Source of the DNA: an uncultured Tissierellia bacterium
Lineage (GTDB): Bacteria > Bacillota > Clostridia > Tissierellales > Peptoniphilaceae
Length of the DNA stretch: 42,170 nucleotides
Assembly: GCA_902489375.1 (NCBI GenBank)
Contig: CABTZP010000001.1
Location: 1 to 42,170, forward strand
Direction: 5' to 3'
Position numbers and translations under genes: made by a program. Shown here piece by piece: positions 26,076-35,543 of this stretch (the first letter of the stretch is position 1; each line of letters begins with the position of its first letter). The notes under the pieces are model-generated. The model did no database searches. It saw only the letters and a list, made by a program, of their open reading frames with translations, and was not told the DNA's origin.

Positions 26076-27257
26076 ATGGACCGTACGGAAATGGAAAAAC
26101 GAGAATGGCAAGATCTTTTTGATTCCAGTGGGAAAGTGATCGGAAAACAGCAAAGGGGAGACCGAGTTCCTGACGGGGCCTTTACGAAACTGGTTTCCAT
26201 TTTCACCTTTAACAATCGGGGCGAGGTCCTTTTGACGAAAAGAGCCGAGACGAAAACCTTTGGCTTGCTTTGGGAAAATACAGCAGGAGCCTGCCTTTCC
26301 GGAGAAACGCAAAGAGAAGGCGCACTCAGGGAACTCAGGGAAGAAACGGGCATTTGCGCCAAGGACGAGGAGCTAATTGAACTCGGCCGTTTCGAAACCC
26401 CCTCCCGTCATGCCTGGATGTACGGCTTTTTTGTCAATAAAGAAATTCCCATTGAGCAGATTGTCCTTCAGCCCGGAGAAACGATTGATGCGAAATGGGT
26501 TCCTTTTGACATTGGCCTTACCTATGATGATGGCTTAGCCTGGCCGGTTCGCTACCGCTTTGTCTATTTTTGGAAGCAGCTGGAAACCTATTTTCATGCG
26601 GAAAATCATCTTTCTCCTTGGCTTGATTGGGCGCAAAATCTTCAATTTTGGGCCCAGCAAGGGCAGGCTTACACCAAAAGTCGTTTTGATAAGGATCGGT
26701 ATGATCATATTTCAAAAACCGCTTCAGAAATGTTGGCCTACAAAACCGGCATTTCAACAGAAAAGGTATTAGGCCTTTTCGCCTCTGAAAAAGGCTATCA
26801 AACGCCAAAGATTGAATGCCGGGCGGCCGTCTTTCATGAAGACCGTATTTTATTGGTGCAGGAAGCCAGCAATTATCTTTGGTCGATGCCCGGAGGCTGG
26901 TGTGATATTGGCATTTCGCTAAAAGAAAATTTAGAAAAAGAAGTCTTTGAAGAGGCGGGCCTGAAAGGAAAAGCAGGAAAACTGGTGGCCATTGAAAACC
27001 GATCTTATCATCAATACAAGCCCATTCCTTATGAAATTTACAAGTGCTATATGATCTGCCATGTCGATCAGATAGGGCCAATCAAAGAGGGGATCGAACA
27101 AGTCCCTGGTTTTCAGGGAAATTTAGAAACGCTGGGCGCAGCGTTTTTTCCCTTGGACCGACTTCCTCCTCTTTCTACCGGGCGGGTCAACGAGGATGCC
27201 ATTCGGATGTGCTATGAAGCCAGCGAAGATCCGAACTGGATCCCCCGTGTGGATTAA
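26076..27257 (+). CDS. Tandem Nudix hydrolase fusion (Nudix + Nudix_N_2-like helical domain + second Nudix)
   Basis: The first Nudix box is GACLSGETQREGALRELREETGI. The central segment WLDWAQNLQFWAQQGQAYTKSRFDKDRY resembles the N-terminal helical domain of ADP-ribose-pyrophosphatase-type Nudix proteins. The second box is GGWCDIGISLKENLEKEVFEEAGL. Confidence 0.75.
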   Translation: MDRTEMEKREWQDLFDSSGKVIGKQQRGDRVPDGAFTKLVSIFTFNNRGEVLLTKRAETKTFGLLWENTAGACLSGETQREGALRELREETGICAKDEELIELGRFETPSRHAWMYGFFVNKEIPIEQIVLQPGETIDAKWVPFDIGLTYDDGLAWPVRYRFVYFWKQLETYFHAENHLSPWLDWAQNLQFWAQQGQAYTKSRFDKDRYDHISKTASEMLAYKTGISTEKVLGLFASEKGYQTPKIECRAAVFHEDRILLVQEASNYLWSMPGGWCDIGISLKENLEKEVFEEAGLKGKAGKLVAIENRSYHQYKPIPYEIYKCYMICHVDQIGPIKEGIEQVPGFQGNLETLGAAFFPLDRLPPLSTGRVNEDAIRMCYEASEDPNWIPRVD

Positions 27258-27343
27258 AAAGACAAGGAGACCATGAAAAAAGGATCATCGCATGGAAAGA
27301 CTTCGTTTTTCTATGCTTTTTTATTCATTATCAGGAGACAGGT

Positions 27344-29299
27344 ATGAAAAACAAAAAGCAAAACCAATCTCCCTCCTCCCTTTCCCATTTGGATAAAAGG
27401 AAGGTGGGCGCGTTAATCGGCGTGATTGTCCTTGCCACGGTTCTGCTTATCGTATATATTACGCGAGATACAGGCCAGCGGCTTGTTGAAATCACCGATG
27501 ATTCGGAATCAATGGAAAACCAGATTTCCGAAGGGCCGGAAGACGAGGAAGAAACGGTTGCTCTTATTCGCAGCGATGAGGATTTTTCCTTTTCTTTTTC
27601 AGAAAAAGAAAAAGAGGAAAGTTCTTTCGGGGGGGAGATGTCAAAGGAACTTCCGCCCAAAGAAAATCCCCCTGAGAAAGGAGAAAAAGCAGGAAGAAAA
27701 GAAGGACCCTTCTATCAGCCGGAAATTCTCAAAGAGCCGCCTCAGGTAGAAACGGAAATTTCTGTCCGTCCGGCAAAGGAGCCATCCGAAGAGGAAAGCC
27801 TCGAAAATCATCCTGGCTCTTTTCCCCAAGAAAGCGCAGATGATAATCGGGGGCCTTCTGAAAAGCGTCAGCAAATTGAAGGGATGGCCTTCGGCCAGCA
27901 AATTTTAAAGGCTTCCCCCTATGACCGGCAGAAAATGGGCAATGCCCCGGTCTTTTTCTACCAGCATCCCAACCAGTCTATGGGCATTGACCTTCGCGCC
28001 GAACCGGAAAAGGCTTCAAGTCTTTATGTTCTGCCCACGGAAAAGGGCTTTGTGATCATGGACCGGCATTTGATGGCTTTAAATCACTGGTCAGAAGAAG
28101 ACATTCGACAAAATCTGCTCAAAGGAAAGGTTGTTGCGGGCCTGGTGGATGTGCGGCTGGTTTCTGAAAAAGAAGCTGAGGAGATGAAGAAAGATTCAAA
28201 ACTGGAAAGTCTTATCGAAGAGAAAGGAAAGGGCCAGGTTTTCGTTTTTTCCCGGGCAAAGGAAAATGCCTGGATGATGGATTCCCTTCTTACTCAGCTT
28301 GGAGAACAGGCGATTGATCTTTCCTTTGTACAAAATATTCTTTCTCCCGATGGACTGATCGGAAGGATTGATCCGCCAAAAGGAGAAGATCCGGAAAAAG
28401 AATTTTCTGCCCTGCAAAAAGAGCTTCAGTCTGATCCGGCAAAGGTTGAGTGGCTCTATCAATTGCCTTTGTATGGACCCGGAAATTACAAAGTGGGAGG
28501 TAGAGATCTTCGCCGTGATATCCCGGAAAGGGCCCCGGTTTATCAGTGCGGGGTCGCGGACCTTAATGGGGACGGGTATCCAGAGTATGTGATTCATGCC
28601 AGCCTGAGCCAGGAGAAAAAATCGGGCCTTCAGGGATATTACGCCATTTTAACTCCATCCCCAACGGGCCTGATCACAACAGAAGTGATTTATCATGGAA
28701 ATGGCCCCTTAATAAAAAATGGGAAGACCCTTTTAACGGCCTCTCAGTCGGAAAAAGAGGGAACAAAAATCCTTCAAATTGCCCAGAATCCTTATCCTCC
28801 CGAGGGCCAGGGCTGGATTCCAGCGGAGGTGCATTTTCTTCAGCCCCAGGGGCTGGGAAAGAGTCTGACCGGAAAAGAATTGGCCCGGCTTTACCCGGAT
28901 CACTATCTTGTTCCCCATGAGGGGACCCTTTATCTGGTTCCTCTCGCGGATTACGATATGCTTATGGATTTTGCTTTAAATAGGCTTTCTGGCGGAACCG
29001 AGGTCTTCCTTAAAGACGCGGATGATCCCCAGCAGGTTCCGGCTTTTCGCATTAAGGACCCGGCAGCCTATCTGGCCCAAAAATTTCCGGACCTTCCTTT
29101 CAGTCAGGAAGATTGGTCCAAGGCTCAACCGGCGGGAATGTTTCGAGCTGATCCCATGCCGATTACCATTGAAGACCTCGTTTCGGGAAAGGGGAAGGGG
29201 AAGGGTGTAGACCAGAAAAACGAAAATAAAAATCCATCTCCGGCCTATCCGCTTCCGGACGATCCGATGAATCCCGCGATAAAACAGGAGAAAAAATGA
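27344..29299 (+). CDS. Hypothetical single-pass membrane protein with acidic linker and large extracytoplasmic domain
   Basis: 651 aa. An N-terminal TM helix (GALIGVIVLATVLLIVYI) is followed by about 150 aa of D/E/S/P-rich low complexity and then a globular region. That region contains one FG-GAP/VCBS-like calcium-loop motif, ADLNGDGYPEYVI. I recognise no family. AGGAGA RBS. The stop overlaps the next gene's start (ATGA). Confidence 0.6.
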   Translation: MKNKKQNQSPSSLSHLDKRKVGALIGVIVLATVLLIVYITRDTGQRLVEITDDSESMENQISEGPEDEEETVALIRSDEDFSFSFSEKEKEESSFGGEMSKELPPKENPPEKGEKAGRKEGPFYQPEILKEPPQVETEISVRPAKEPSEEESLENHPGSFPQESADDNRGPSEKRQQIEGMAFGQQILKASPYDRQKMGNAPVFFYQHPNQSMGIDLRAEPEKASSLYVLPTEKGFVIMDRHLMALNHWSEEDIRQNLLKGKVVAGLVDVRLVSEKEAEEMKKDSKLESLIEEKGKGQVFVFSRAKENAWMMDSLLTQLGEQAIDLSFVQNILSPDGLIGRIDPPKGEDPEKEFSALQKELQSDPAKVEWLYQLPLYGPGNYKVGGRDLRRDIPERAPVYQCGVADLNGDGYPEYVIHASLSQEKKSGLQGYYAILTPSPTGLITTEVIYHGNGPLIKNGKTLLTASQSEKEGTKILQIAQNPYPPEGQGWIPAEVHFLQPQGLGKSLTGKELARLYPDHYLVPHEGTLYLVPLADYDMLMDFALNRLSGGTEVFLKDADDPQQVPAFRIKDPAAYLAQKFPDLPFSQEDWSKAQPAGMFRADPMPITIEDLVSGKGKGKGVDQKNENKNPSPAYPLPDDPMNPAIKQEKK

Positions 29300-30111
29300 A
29301 AATCTGTTCTATTGCCTCCGGTTCCAGCGGCAACTGTATCTACCTGGAAACCGAGCAAAGTCGAATATTAATTGATGCCGGCTACAGCGCAAAACAAATT
29401 GAAATCCTGCTTAAAGAAGCCAACATTGACCCCAGGAAACTAGATGCGATTTTTGTCACCCATGAGCATTCAGACCATATCCAGGGGGTAGGGGTCCTGA
29501 GCAGAAGATTTCATCTTCCCATCTATGCGAATCGAAAAACCTGGGAGGCCATGGCAGGAAAACTCGGAAAAATCACCCCGGCTCATCGGTTTACCTTTAA
29601 AAATAACCAGCGGTTCTCCTTTCAGGATTTGGAAATTTTTCCTTTTCCCGTCCATCACGATGCCGCCGATCCGGTCGGGTATTCTTTTCTCTGTCAGGAT
29701 GAAAAGGCGTCGATTGTAACGGATACAGGCGTTTTGGATCAGGGAATCATGGACGCGGTTCAAGGGTCGGATATTTACTATTTTGAAGCCAACCATGATG
29801 TTGGGATGGTTTTGAACGGTCCCTATCCCCAGCAGCTCAAAGAGCGAATCTTATCCGACCGGGGACATCTTTCTAACCGGCAGGCGGGTCTTGCTTTGTC
29901 CGAGCTTCTGCGGGGAGAAGATGAGGTGGTCCTGCTTGCCCATATGTCGATGATCAATAACAACATTCGGGTCTGTCAGGATACAGTCCTTTCCACCCTG
30001 ATGGAAGAAGGCATTGACCCCAAAAATCATATGAAGCTTCTGGTCGCGCCAAGGCTTTCGCCTTCTGCCTTGTACACCTGTACCTATCCGAAAAAAGCGG
30101 TAATGGATTAA
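29296..30111 (+). CDS. MBL-fold metallo-hydrolase, YycJ/WalJ-like
   Basis: The N-terminus is SGSSGNCIYLE...ILIDAGYS. The HEHSDH (HxHxDH) metal motif and a length of ~270 aa fit the YycJ-type beta-lactamase-fold proteins of Firmicutes. Confidence 0.8.
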   Translation: MKICSIASGSSGNCIYLETEQSRILIDAGYSAKQIEILLKEANIDPRKLDAIFVTHEHSDHIQGVGVLSRRFHLPIYANRKTWEAMAGKLGKITPAHRFTFKNNQRFSFQDLEIFPFPVHHDAADPVGYSFLCQDEKASIVTDTGVLDQGIMDAVQGSDIYYFEANHDVGMVLNGPYPQQLKERILSDRGHLSNRQAGLALSELLRGEDEVVLLAHMSMINNNIRVCQDTVLSTLMEEGIDPKNHMKLLVAPRLSPSALYTCTYPKKAVMD

Positions 30112-30130
30112 TCCGCAAGAGAAATTATTG

Positions 30131-31123
30131 ATGAATGAAATGACAAAAAAAAGAACACTGATTAGCCCAACCGGACAAGGAACTCCCGTTCCTGTTGGCG
30201 ATGAAATCAGAATTCAGGTCGAAAAAAAACCCGGAGAAAGCCACGAAGAAGCTGTTATTCGGATGTTTCCACAGATTTATGATCTTTTCGGAAGAGATCT
30301 TCTTCCCCTGGAAGAGATTGAACACGCCCTTCAGACTACCTACCGGATCCGGCTCCTTTCCCGCTTTACCCGGGCTTTGAAAGATTATGAGATGCTTAAA
30401 CCAGGGGATAAGGTTGCCGTCGCGATTTCCGGAGGAAAAGATTCCCTTCTTTTGGCAAAGCTCTTTCAGATTCTTCAGCGCTATACCAAAATTCCTTTTG
30501 AATTAGACTTTCTCGCCATGGATCCGGGCTATGCGCCCATCAACCGGGATCTTCTGATCTTTAACCTAGCCTGGCTGGGCATTCCTGCCCGGGTAAAAAA
30601 GTCAGATATTTTTCAGGTTTCCGAAACGATTTCTCAAAAGCCCTGCTATCTTTGCGCACGAATGAGAAGAGGCTTTCTTTATGGCAATGCCAAGGAGATG
30701 GGATGTAATAAAGTGGCGCTAGGCCATCATTTTAATGATGTGATTGAAACGACTTTGTTAAACCTTCTCTGGTCAGCCAACTACAAAATCATGATGCCGA
30801 AAATCATCGCCCAAAACTTTGATCACATGGAGCTCATTCGGCCGATGTATTACATCGAGGAATCATCCATTATCGCTTTTCGGGATTTTATTGGCCTTAA
30901 GGCCCTAGATTGCGCCTGTTCAGTAACGGCTAGCAAGGAAAGCTCACAGAGAAGAGAAGTGAAGGCGCTGATCCAAAAACTTAAAAAAGACAATCCCAAT
31001 GTTGAAAAGTCCATCTTTCGAAGCGGGGAAAATGTTGCCGTCGATGCGATTTTGGGCTATGTCAACCGAGGGAAAAAGCACAGCTTTTTGGAACATTACG
31101 GAGATGAAGAATGGAATTTTTAA
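30131..31123 (+). CDS. PP-loop ATPase, TtcA-like tRNA thiolation enzyme
   Basis: PP-loop AISGGKDS, cysteine motifs CYLCARMRRG and DCACS, and LGHHFND. The start is ambiguous (TTG 30128 or ATG 30131). The ~70-aa N-terminal extension is unusual. Confidence 0.7.
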   Translation: MNEMTKKRTLISPTGQGTPVPVGDEIRIQVEKKPGESHEEAVIRMFPQIYDLFGRDLLPLEEIEHALQTTYRIRLLSRFTRALKDYEMLKPGDKVAVAISGGKDSLLLAKLFQILQRYTKIPFELDFLAMDPGYAPINRDLLIFNLAWLGIPARVKKSDIFQVSETISQKPCYLCARMRRGFLYGNAKEMGCNKVALGHHFNDVIETTLLNLLWSANYKIMMPKIIAQNFDHMELIRPMYYIEESSIIAFRDFIGLKALDCACSVTASKESSQRREVKALIQKLKKDNPNVEKSIFRSGENVAVDAILGYVNRGKKHSFLEHYGDEEWNF

Positions 31124-32004
31124 AAAATTTATTTAAAGTCATCCTCCTGGCTCTGGTGGAAGGAATTACTGAGTTTTTGCCTGTGTCTTCGACAGGGCAC
31201 CTGATTCTGGTCAATGATTTTATTAAGCTTCAGCCGGAATCTTTCGCCAACTCCTTTAACATTATTATTCAGTTGGGTGCGATCCTTTCGGTCATGGTTC
31301 TCTATTTTCCCCGGCTCAATCCCTGGGCGGCGGGAAAGCAAAGAAAAAACCTTCCTCCGATCAATCCTCACTGGAACACCCAGACCAAATTTTACGTTCG
31401 GATTTTTAAAAGGGCGGACCGCCCGACCCTGCGCCTATGGGCGAATGTTTTGATCGGCTGTATTCCCGGAGGAATTTTTGGCCTTCTTTTCCACGATGTC
31501 ATCAAGGAAAAGCTGATGAATTCGAAAACCGTCGTTGTCACCCTCCTTTTGTACGGAATTTTGATTATTGTCATGGAACGGTGGAACAAGGGAAGAAAAA
31601 AGGTTCGCTTCCAGAAAGCCCAGGATATCCCCTATTCTTCGGCCTTTCTTATCGGCTGCTTTCAGTGCCTGGCCATGGTTCCAGGGACATCTCGGTCGGC
31701 GGCTACGATTATCGGGGCGATGCTGATCGGAACCAGTCGGCTTGCGGCGGCGGAATTTTCTTTCTTTTTAGCCATTCCAACGATGATTGGGACTACCCTC
31801 CTGGAGCTTATTAAAGAGGGGGCCTCATTTTCCGGTCAGGAATGGCTTTTCATCCTTATCGGATTTTTTCTCTCCTTTCTTGTCGCTGGGTTGGTTATTC
31901 GGAAATTTATTGGATATATTCAGCATCATGACTTTGAGATTTTTGGCTGGTATCGGATTGTCCTGGCTATCCTGCTCATTATTTATATGCTGATAACAAT
32001 GTGA
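31111..32004 (+). CDS. uppP: Undecaprenyl-diphosphate phosphatase
   Basis: EGITEFLPVSSTGHLIL and PGTSRSAATI motifs are diagnostic of BacA/UppP. It is a polytopic membrane protein. Confidence 0.92.
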   Translation: MEFLKNLFKVILLALVEGITEFLPVSSTGHLILVNDFIKLQPESFANSFNIIIQLGAILSVMVLYFPRLNPWAAGKQRKNLPPINPHWNTQTKFYVRIFKRADRPTLRLWANVLIGCIPGGIFGLLFHDVIKEKLMNSKTVVVTLLLYGILIIVMERWNKGRKKVRFQKAQDIPYSSAFLIGCFQCLAMVPGTSRSAATIIGAMLIGTSRLAAAEFSFFLAIPTMIGTTLLELIKEGASFSGQEWLFILIGFFLSFLVAGLVIRKFIGYIQHHDFEIFGWYRIVLAILLIIYMLITM

Positions 32005-32045
32005 TAAAATAGGTGAACAAACAAATTTTATTCAAGGAGGTTTGA

Positions 32046-33425
32046 ATGGACGCTGCTCAAGCGGATCCCGGATCAGGAGGAAATATCCTTTTTCAATTTT
32101 TTCTTCTGGTGATCTTGATCCTTGTCAATGCTTTTTATTCGGCTTCGGAAATGGCTCTGATTTCCGTTGACAAAAATATCATTAGGGAAAAAGCCGAGGA
32201 AGGTCAGGTCAAGGCAAAAAGGATCCTTAAGCTCTTGGATGATCCATCAAAGTTTTTATCCACGATCCAGGTCTGCATCACCCTTGCCGGCTTTTTCAAC
32301 GCTGCCTTTGCGGCAACCGGCATCTCACAAGGGCTGGGCGACGGGCTTTTTCGAATCGGTGTGCCCAGGGCCTACCAGCTGGCCACGATTCTTTTCACGA
32401 TTCTTTTATCCTTTGTGACCATTATTTTTGGGGAACTAATTCCCAAGCGTTTAGCTTTAAAAGCTCCTGAGCAATTTGCTTTTTCCGCCTCCGGTGTTCT
32501 CTGGTGGTCCTACCGACTTTTAAAACCCTGTGTACATCTCCTTTCTTCCATCACCAACGCGCTCCTTCGGGCAATGGGGGTAGAGATCAATGCTGTCGAG
32601 GAAAAAGTCACCATGTCGGATATTAAATCCATTGTTCAGGTGGGCCAAAGCCAGGGACTGATTAATGTGACCGAAGAGGAAATGATCAATTCCATTATCA
32701 GCTTTGACAACAAAACCGCCGAGGAGATCATGACCCCCAGAACATCGGTTTTTGCCATTGACATTACCGACCCGCCTTCGGAATACATGGATGAGCTGTT
32801 GTCTGTTCATTTTTCAAGGATTCCGGTCTATGACGATGACATAGACAATATTATTGGCGTTCTTTATATCAAAGATTATATGCAGGAAGCCTACGAAGTC
32901 GGTTTCGATCAGGTCGACATTCAAAATATTGTCCGGCCAGCCTACTTTGTTCCGGAAAGGAAAAATGTCAATGAGCTTTTCAATGAGCTTCGGGAAAACA
33001 ATTCTCATATTGCCGTTTTGATTGACGAGTATGGCGGGTTTTCGGGGATTGTCACCATGGAAGATCTCATCGAAGAAATCGTGGGCGATATTGACGATGA
33101 ATATGACTCGGATGAACCGGAAATCAATAAAATCAGTCAGAATACCTATATGGCAAAGGGGACCCTTTCCATTAAAGAGCTCAATTCGAATATTGGGTCG
33201 GAATTTGACGAAGAAAACGAAGACTATGACAGTTTGGGCGGACTGCTCTTTTATTTGATGGGCAGAATTCCGGAAGATACTGAGCAGCCTTTTGTTGAAT
33301 ATGACCAATGCCAGTTTTTTATCCGAAAAATGTCCAACAAAAAAATTGAACAGGTTCGGATTGAATATGACCGGGAAAAGGTGAAAAAGGAAAAAGCCCT
33401 TCGCTTTCAGCGTCAGGAAGAGTAA
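32046..33425 (+). CDS. CNNM/DUF21-CBS-CorC_HlyC family transporter (hemolysin-family protein)
   Basis: An N-terminal DUF21 membrane domain (NAFYSASEMALIS) is followed by a CBS pair (IMTPRTSV..., HIAVLIDEYGGFSGIVTMEDLIEEIVGDI) and a C-terminal CorC_HlyC-like region. Confidence 0.85.
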   Translation: MDAAQADPGSGGNILFQFFLLVILILVNAFYSASEMALISVDKNIIREKAEEGQVKAKRILKLLDDPSKFLSTIQVCITLAGFFNAAFAATGISQGLGDGLFRIGVPRAYQLATILFTILLSFVTIIFGELIPKRLALKAPEQFAFSASGVLWWSYRLLKPCVHLLSSITNALLRAMGVEINAVEEKVTMSDIKSIVQVGQSQGLINVTEEEMINSIISFDNKTAEEIMTPRTSVFAIDITDPPSEYMDELLSVHFSRIPVYDDDIDNIIGVLYIKDYMQEAYEVGFDQVDIQNIVRPAYFVPERKNVNELFNELRENNSHIAVLIDEYGGFSGIVTMEDLIEEIVGDIDDEYDSDEPEINKISQNTYMAKGTLSIKELNSNIGSEFDEENEDYDSLGGLLFYLMGRIPEDTEQPFVEYDQCQFFIRKMSNKKIEQVRIEYDREKVKKEKALRFQRQEE

Positions 33426-33431
33426 GGACCA

Positions 33432-34643
33432 ATGAAAAGACCAGAAAAACCTTCGCAAAAAGAAAGAGTACAAAAGGGAAACGCTCAAGAGGAAATTTCT
33501 CCGGAAAAAGAAAAAAAGCCGCTCTCGGATCAAAAAGGTCCGTTAAATCGGCGGGCCTTTCTTTTGGGCCTTTTTCTCTTCGCCCTGATTGGCTTGATTT
33601 ATTATAGTACAAGGTCAACCAACCCGGACTCCCCCTTGCGGATTGCTGAAAAAGCTTCCCTGTCTCCCCAGGAAGGGTGGACTTCGATCGGCTCCTGCGG
33701 AACGAATTTTTATTATGTGAAGGATCACAAACTCCATGGCCTTCAGGCAAACGGAAGGGAGCTTTTCACCTGGGATTTGGGAGAAGAGGGCAAGGTTTCT
33801 TATGGACGGGAAATCGCGGTTTTAAAGCCAAATTTTTCCCTTTGTCTTTTGGATCCGCAGACCGGGGAGGTAAAAAAGGAAATTTCGGCGCCAGAAAGTT
33901 TGGATCTTTGCGCCACCCCGCGGGGAAAGTCCTCTTATGCTGTTTTTTTTAAAGATAAGATTCGCCTGTACGATTCGAAACTCAAGGTTGTCGGGGAAAT
34001 TTTAGATCTTCAGGATCCCTTCCGTCTGGCCGTTCAAGACCAAGGCGAGGCCTGGCTGGAACAAGGCCCCACGACCATGAAAGAAGTGCGTTCCCAAGAT
34101 GAGGGAACGGTTTTTTGGGATGAGGGCATCGCTCCTCTTCCGGCTTTCTGGCCGAGTCGATCGTACTTAGGCTTGAAGGATGAGAAAAAAACGTCGGGCC
34201 TTCCCTCGCAAAGACCCTATCTCGATGTTCTTCCCCTGGGCCAGGGAGCTTTTGTTGCCCTTACCCGCCAGGACCTTTTGATTATAAAGAATCACCAGCT
34301 GCTTCAACGCTATCCCCTTCAGGATCCCCGTTCCTGGGACAGCGGCTTTTTGTTTGTCGTTTTAGATGGGGACAAGGTTCGTCGCTTTACTGAAGAGGGA
34401 AAAGAGCTTCCGCCTCCTTCCCTATCCTTTACGCCCAAAGAGGTCAAAATTGGGAAAGAGGCCTGTTTTGCCTTTGGAGAGGGGACCTTTGCCCGGATTG
34501 GGGAAAGCACAGAGGAAAAACCTTTAAAATTAGACGAAAAGCTTTCTGATCCTTTTGTACGGGGATCCGGGCGGCTTGAGGTCTTTACCGATCAGGGGCT
34601 CATGAATTTGGATACGGCAAAGGCTCCACAGGGCACTTTTTAA
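33432..34643 (+). CDS. Hypothetical single-pass membrane protein, probably with a beta-rich extracytoplasmic domain
   Basis: 403 aa. A K/E-rich cytoplasmic N-terminus is followed by a TM helix (AFLLGLFLFALIGLIYY) and then a ~330-aa domain with repeated short beta-strand-like segments. I recognise no motif with confidence. The start is 7 nt after the preceding stop. Confidence 0.55.
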   Translation: MKRPEKPSQKERVQKGNAQEEISPEKEKKPLSDQKGPLNRRAFLLGLFLFALIGLIYYSTRSTNPDSPLRIAEKASLSPQEGWTSIGSCGTNFYYVKDHKLHGLQANGRELFTWDLGEEGKVSYGREIAVLKPNFSLCLLDPQTGEVKKEISAPESLDLCATPRGKSSYAVFFKDKIRLYDSKLKVVGEILDLQDPFRLAVQDQGEAWLEQGPTTMKEVRSQDEGTVFWDEGIAPLPAFWPSRSYLGLKDEKKTSGLPSQRPYLDVLPLGQGAFVALTRQDLLIIKNHQLLQRYPLQDPRSWDSGFLFVVLDGDKVRRFTEEGKELPPPSLSFTPKEVKIGKEACFAFGEGTFARIGESTEEKPLKLDEKLSDPFVRGSGRLEVFTDQGLMNLDTAKAPQGTF

Positions 34644-34664
34644 AAAATAGGAGAAAGTGAGAAT

Positions 34665-35543
34665 ATGCAAATGAACCTTTCTTTTCGGCCCCTGTTTTTA
34701 TGGGCAAAAGGGAACCCGCCCCTTCAAAAGGGGATTGACCTGGCGATCATCCTGGGCAGCGCGCTTTTCATTCTTTGGCTTGGTCAGTTTCTGATTAACC
34801 GATTCTTTGAAAAAAGAGCGAAAAAGGCGGAAAACGGATACTTCGCGACCATCCACAGTATCTTCTATTCCATTTTCCGTATTTTTGTCCTCTTTTCTGC
34901 CCTGATGGATGCCCTCCGTATCCTTGGGGTGAATACTTCATCCATTCTTACGGCTGCCGGGGTCGGCGGTATTGCCATTGCCTTTGGCGCGCAGAAGATC
35001 ATCGCCGATATTTTTACCGGAATCACTTTCTTGATGAATAACGAACTCCATTTGGGGGACTATGTTGTTCTTTCGGGCTGTGAGGGAACGGTGGTTTCCA
35101 TGAGCCTATATCGAATTCGGGTCCAAGGGTATTCGGGGATTCTTTACATCATTCCCAACTCCTCCGTTGAAATTATTTCGAATTACCGGAAGGATCCGGT
35201 TTTCTGCGATGTCACCCTGGCCCTTCCGAACGGGTTTTCTTTGGAAAAAGCAAAGACGCTTTTGGAAAAAGTCCTGGACGAGCTCTATGAAAAACATTCG
35301 TCCCTTTTTCTTCAAAAACCCTCTTTTATGGGGATTGATGCCGTAAATCCTTTCACCTATAGCTACCGGATCAATATCCGAACGCTTATAGGAGATTCCT
35401 GGTCTTGCCAGCGAATGGTCCGGGAAGCCTGCCTCCAGGCCCTTCAAAAAGAAGGGGTGTTTGCCCGCTTATTCGATGAGCCGGAAGCTTTGAACATGCC
35501 AACGATCAGCTTAAAGAGCATAGAATCGAGGGACCATGAGTAA
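34665..35543 (+). CDS. Mechanosensitive ion channel, MscS family
   Basis: Three N-terminal TM segments precede the pore-lining/beta-domain junction GAQKIIADIFTGITFLMNNELHLGDYV, which is typical of MscS-like channels. Confidence 0.82.
   Translation: MQMNLSFRPLFLWAKGNPPLQKGIDLAIILGSALFILWLGQFLINRFFEKRAKKAENGYFATIHSIFYSIFRIFVLFSALMDALRILGVNTSSILTAAGVGGIAIAFGAQKIIADIFTGITFLMNNELHLGDYVVLSGCEGTVVSMSLYRIRVQGYSGILYIIPNSSVEIISNYRKDPVFCDVTLALPNGFSLEKAKTLLEKVLDELYEKHSSLFLQKPSFMGIDAVNPFTYSYRINIRTLIGDSWSCQRMVREACLQALQKEGVFARLFDEPEALNMPTISLKSIESRDHE

Noticed and set aside
27273-27347. 24-aa upstream ORF (MKKGSSHGKTSFFYAFLFIIRRQV) overlapping the start of the 651-aa gene
   Set aside because: The AAGGAGA motif sits only 2-3 nt from its ATG, which is too close for a functional SD spacing, and I have no conservation evidence. 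It could be a leader peptide, but that is unsupported.
32814-33533. 239-aa minus-strand ORF
   Set aside because: It is antisense to the CNNM/CBS transporter and the following gene. Its F/L/I/N-rich composition mirrors the GAA/AAA-rich sense codons. The same reasoning applies to 26518-27081 (minus), 36241-36861 (plus), 37673-38197 (plus), 38453-39313 (minus) and the many shorter antisense ORFs in the track.
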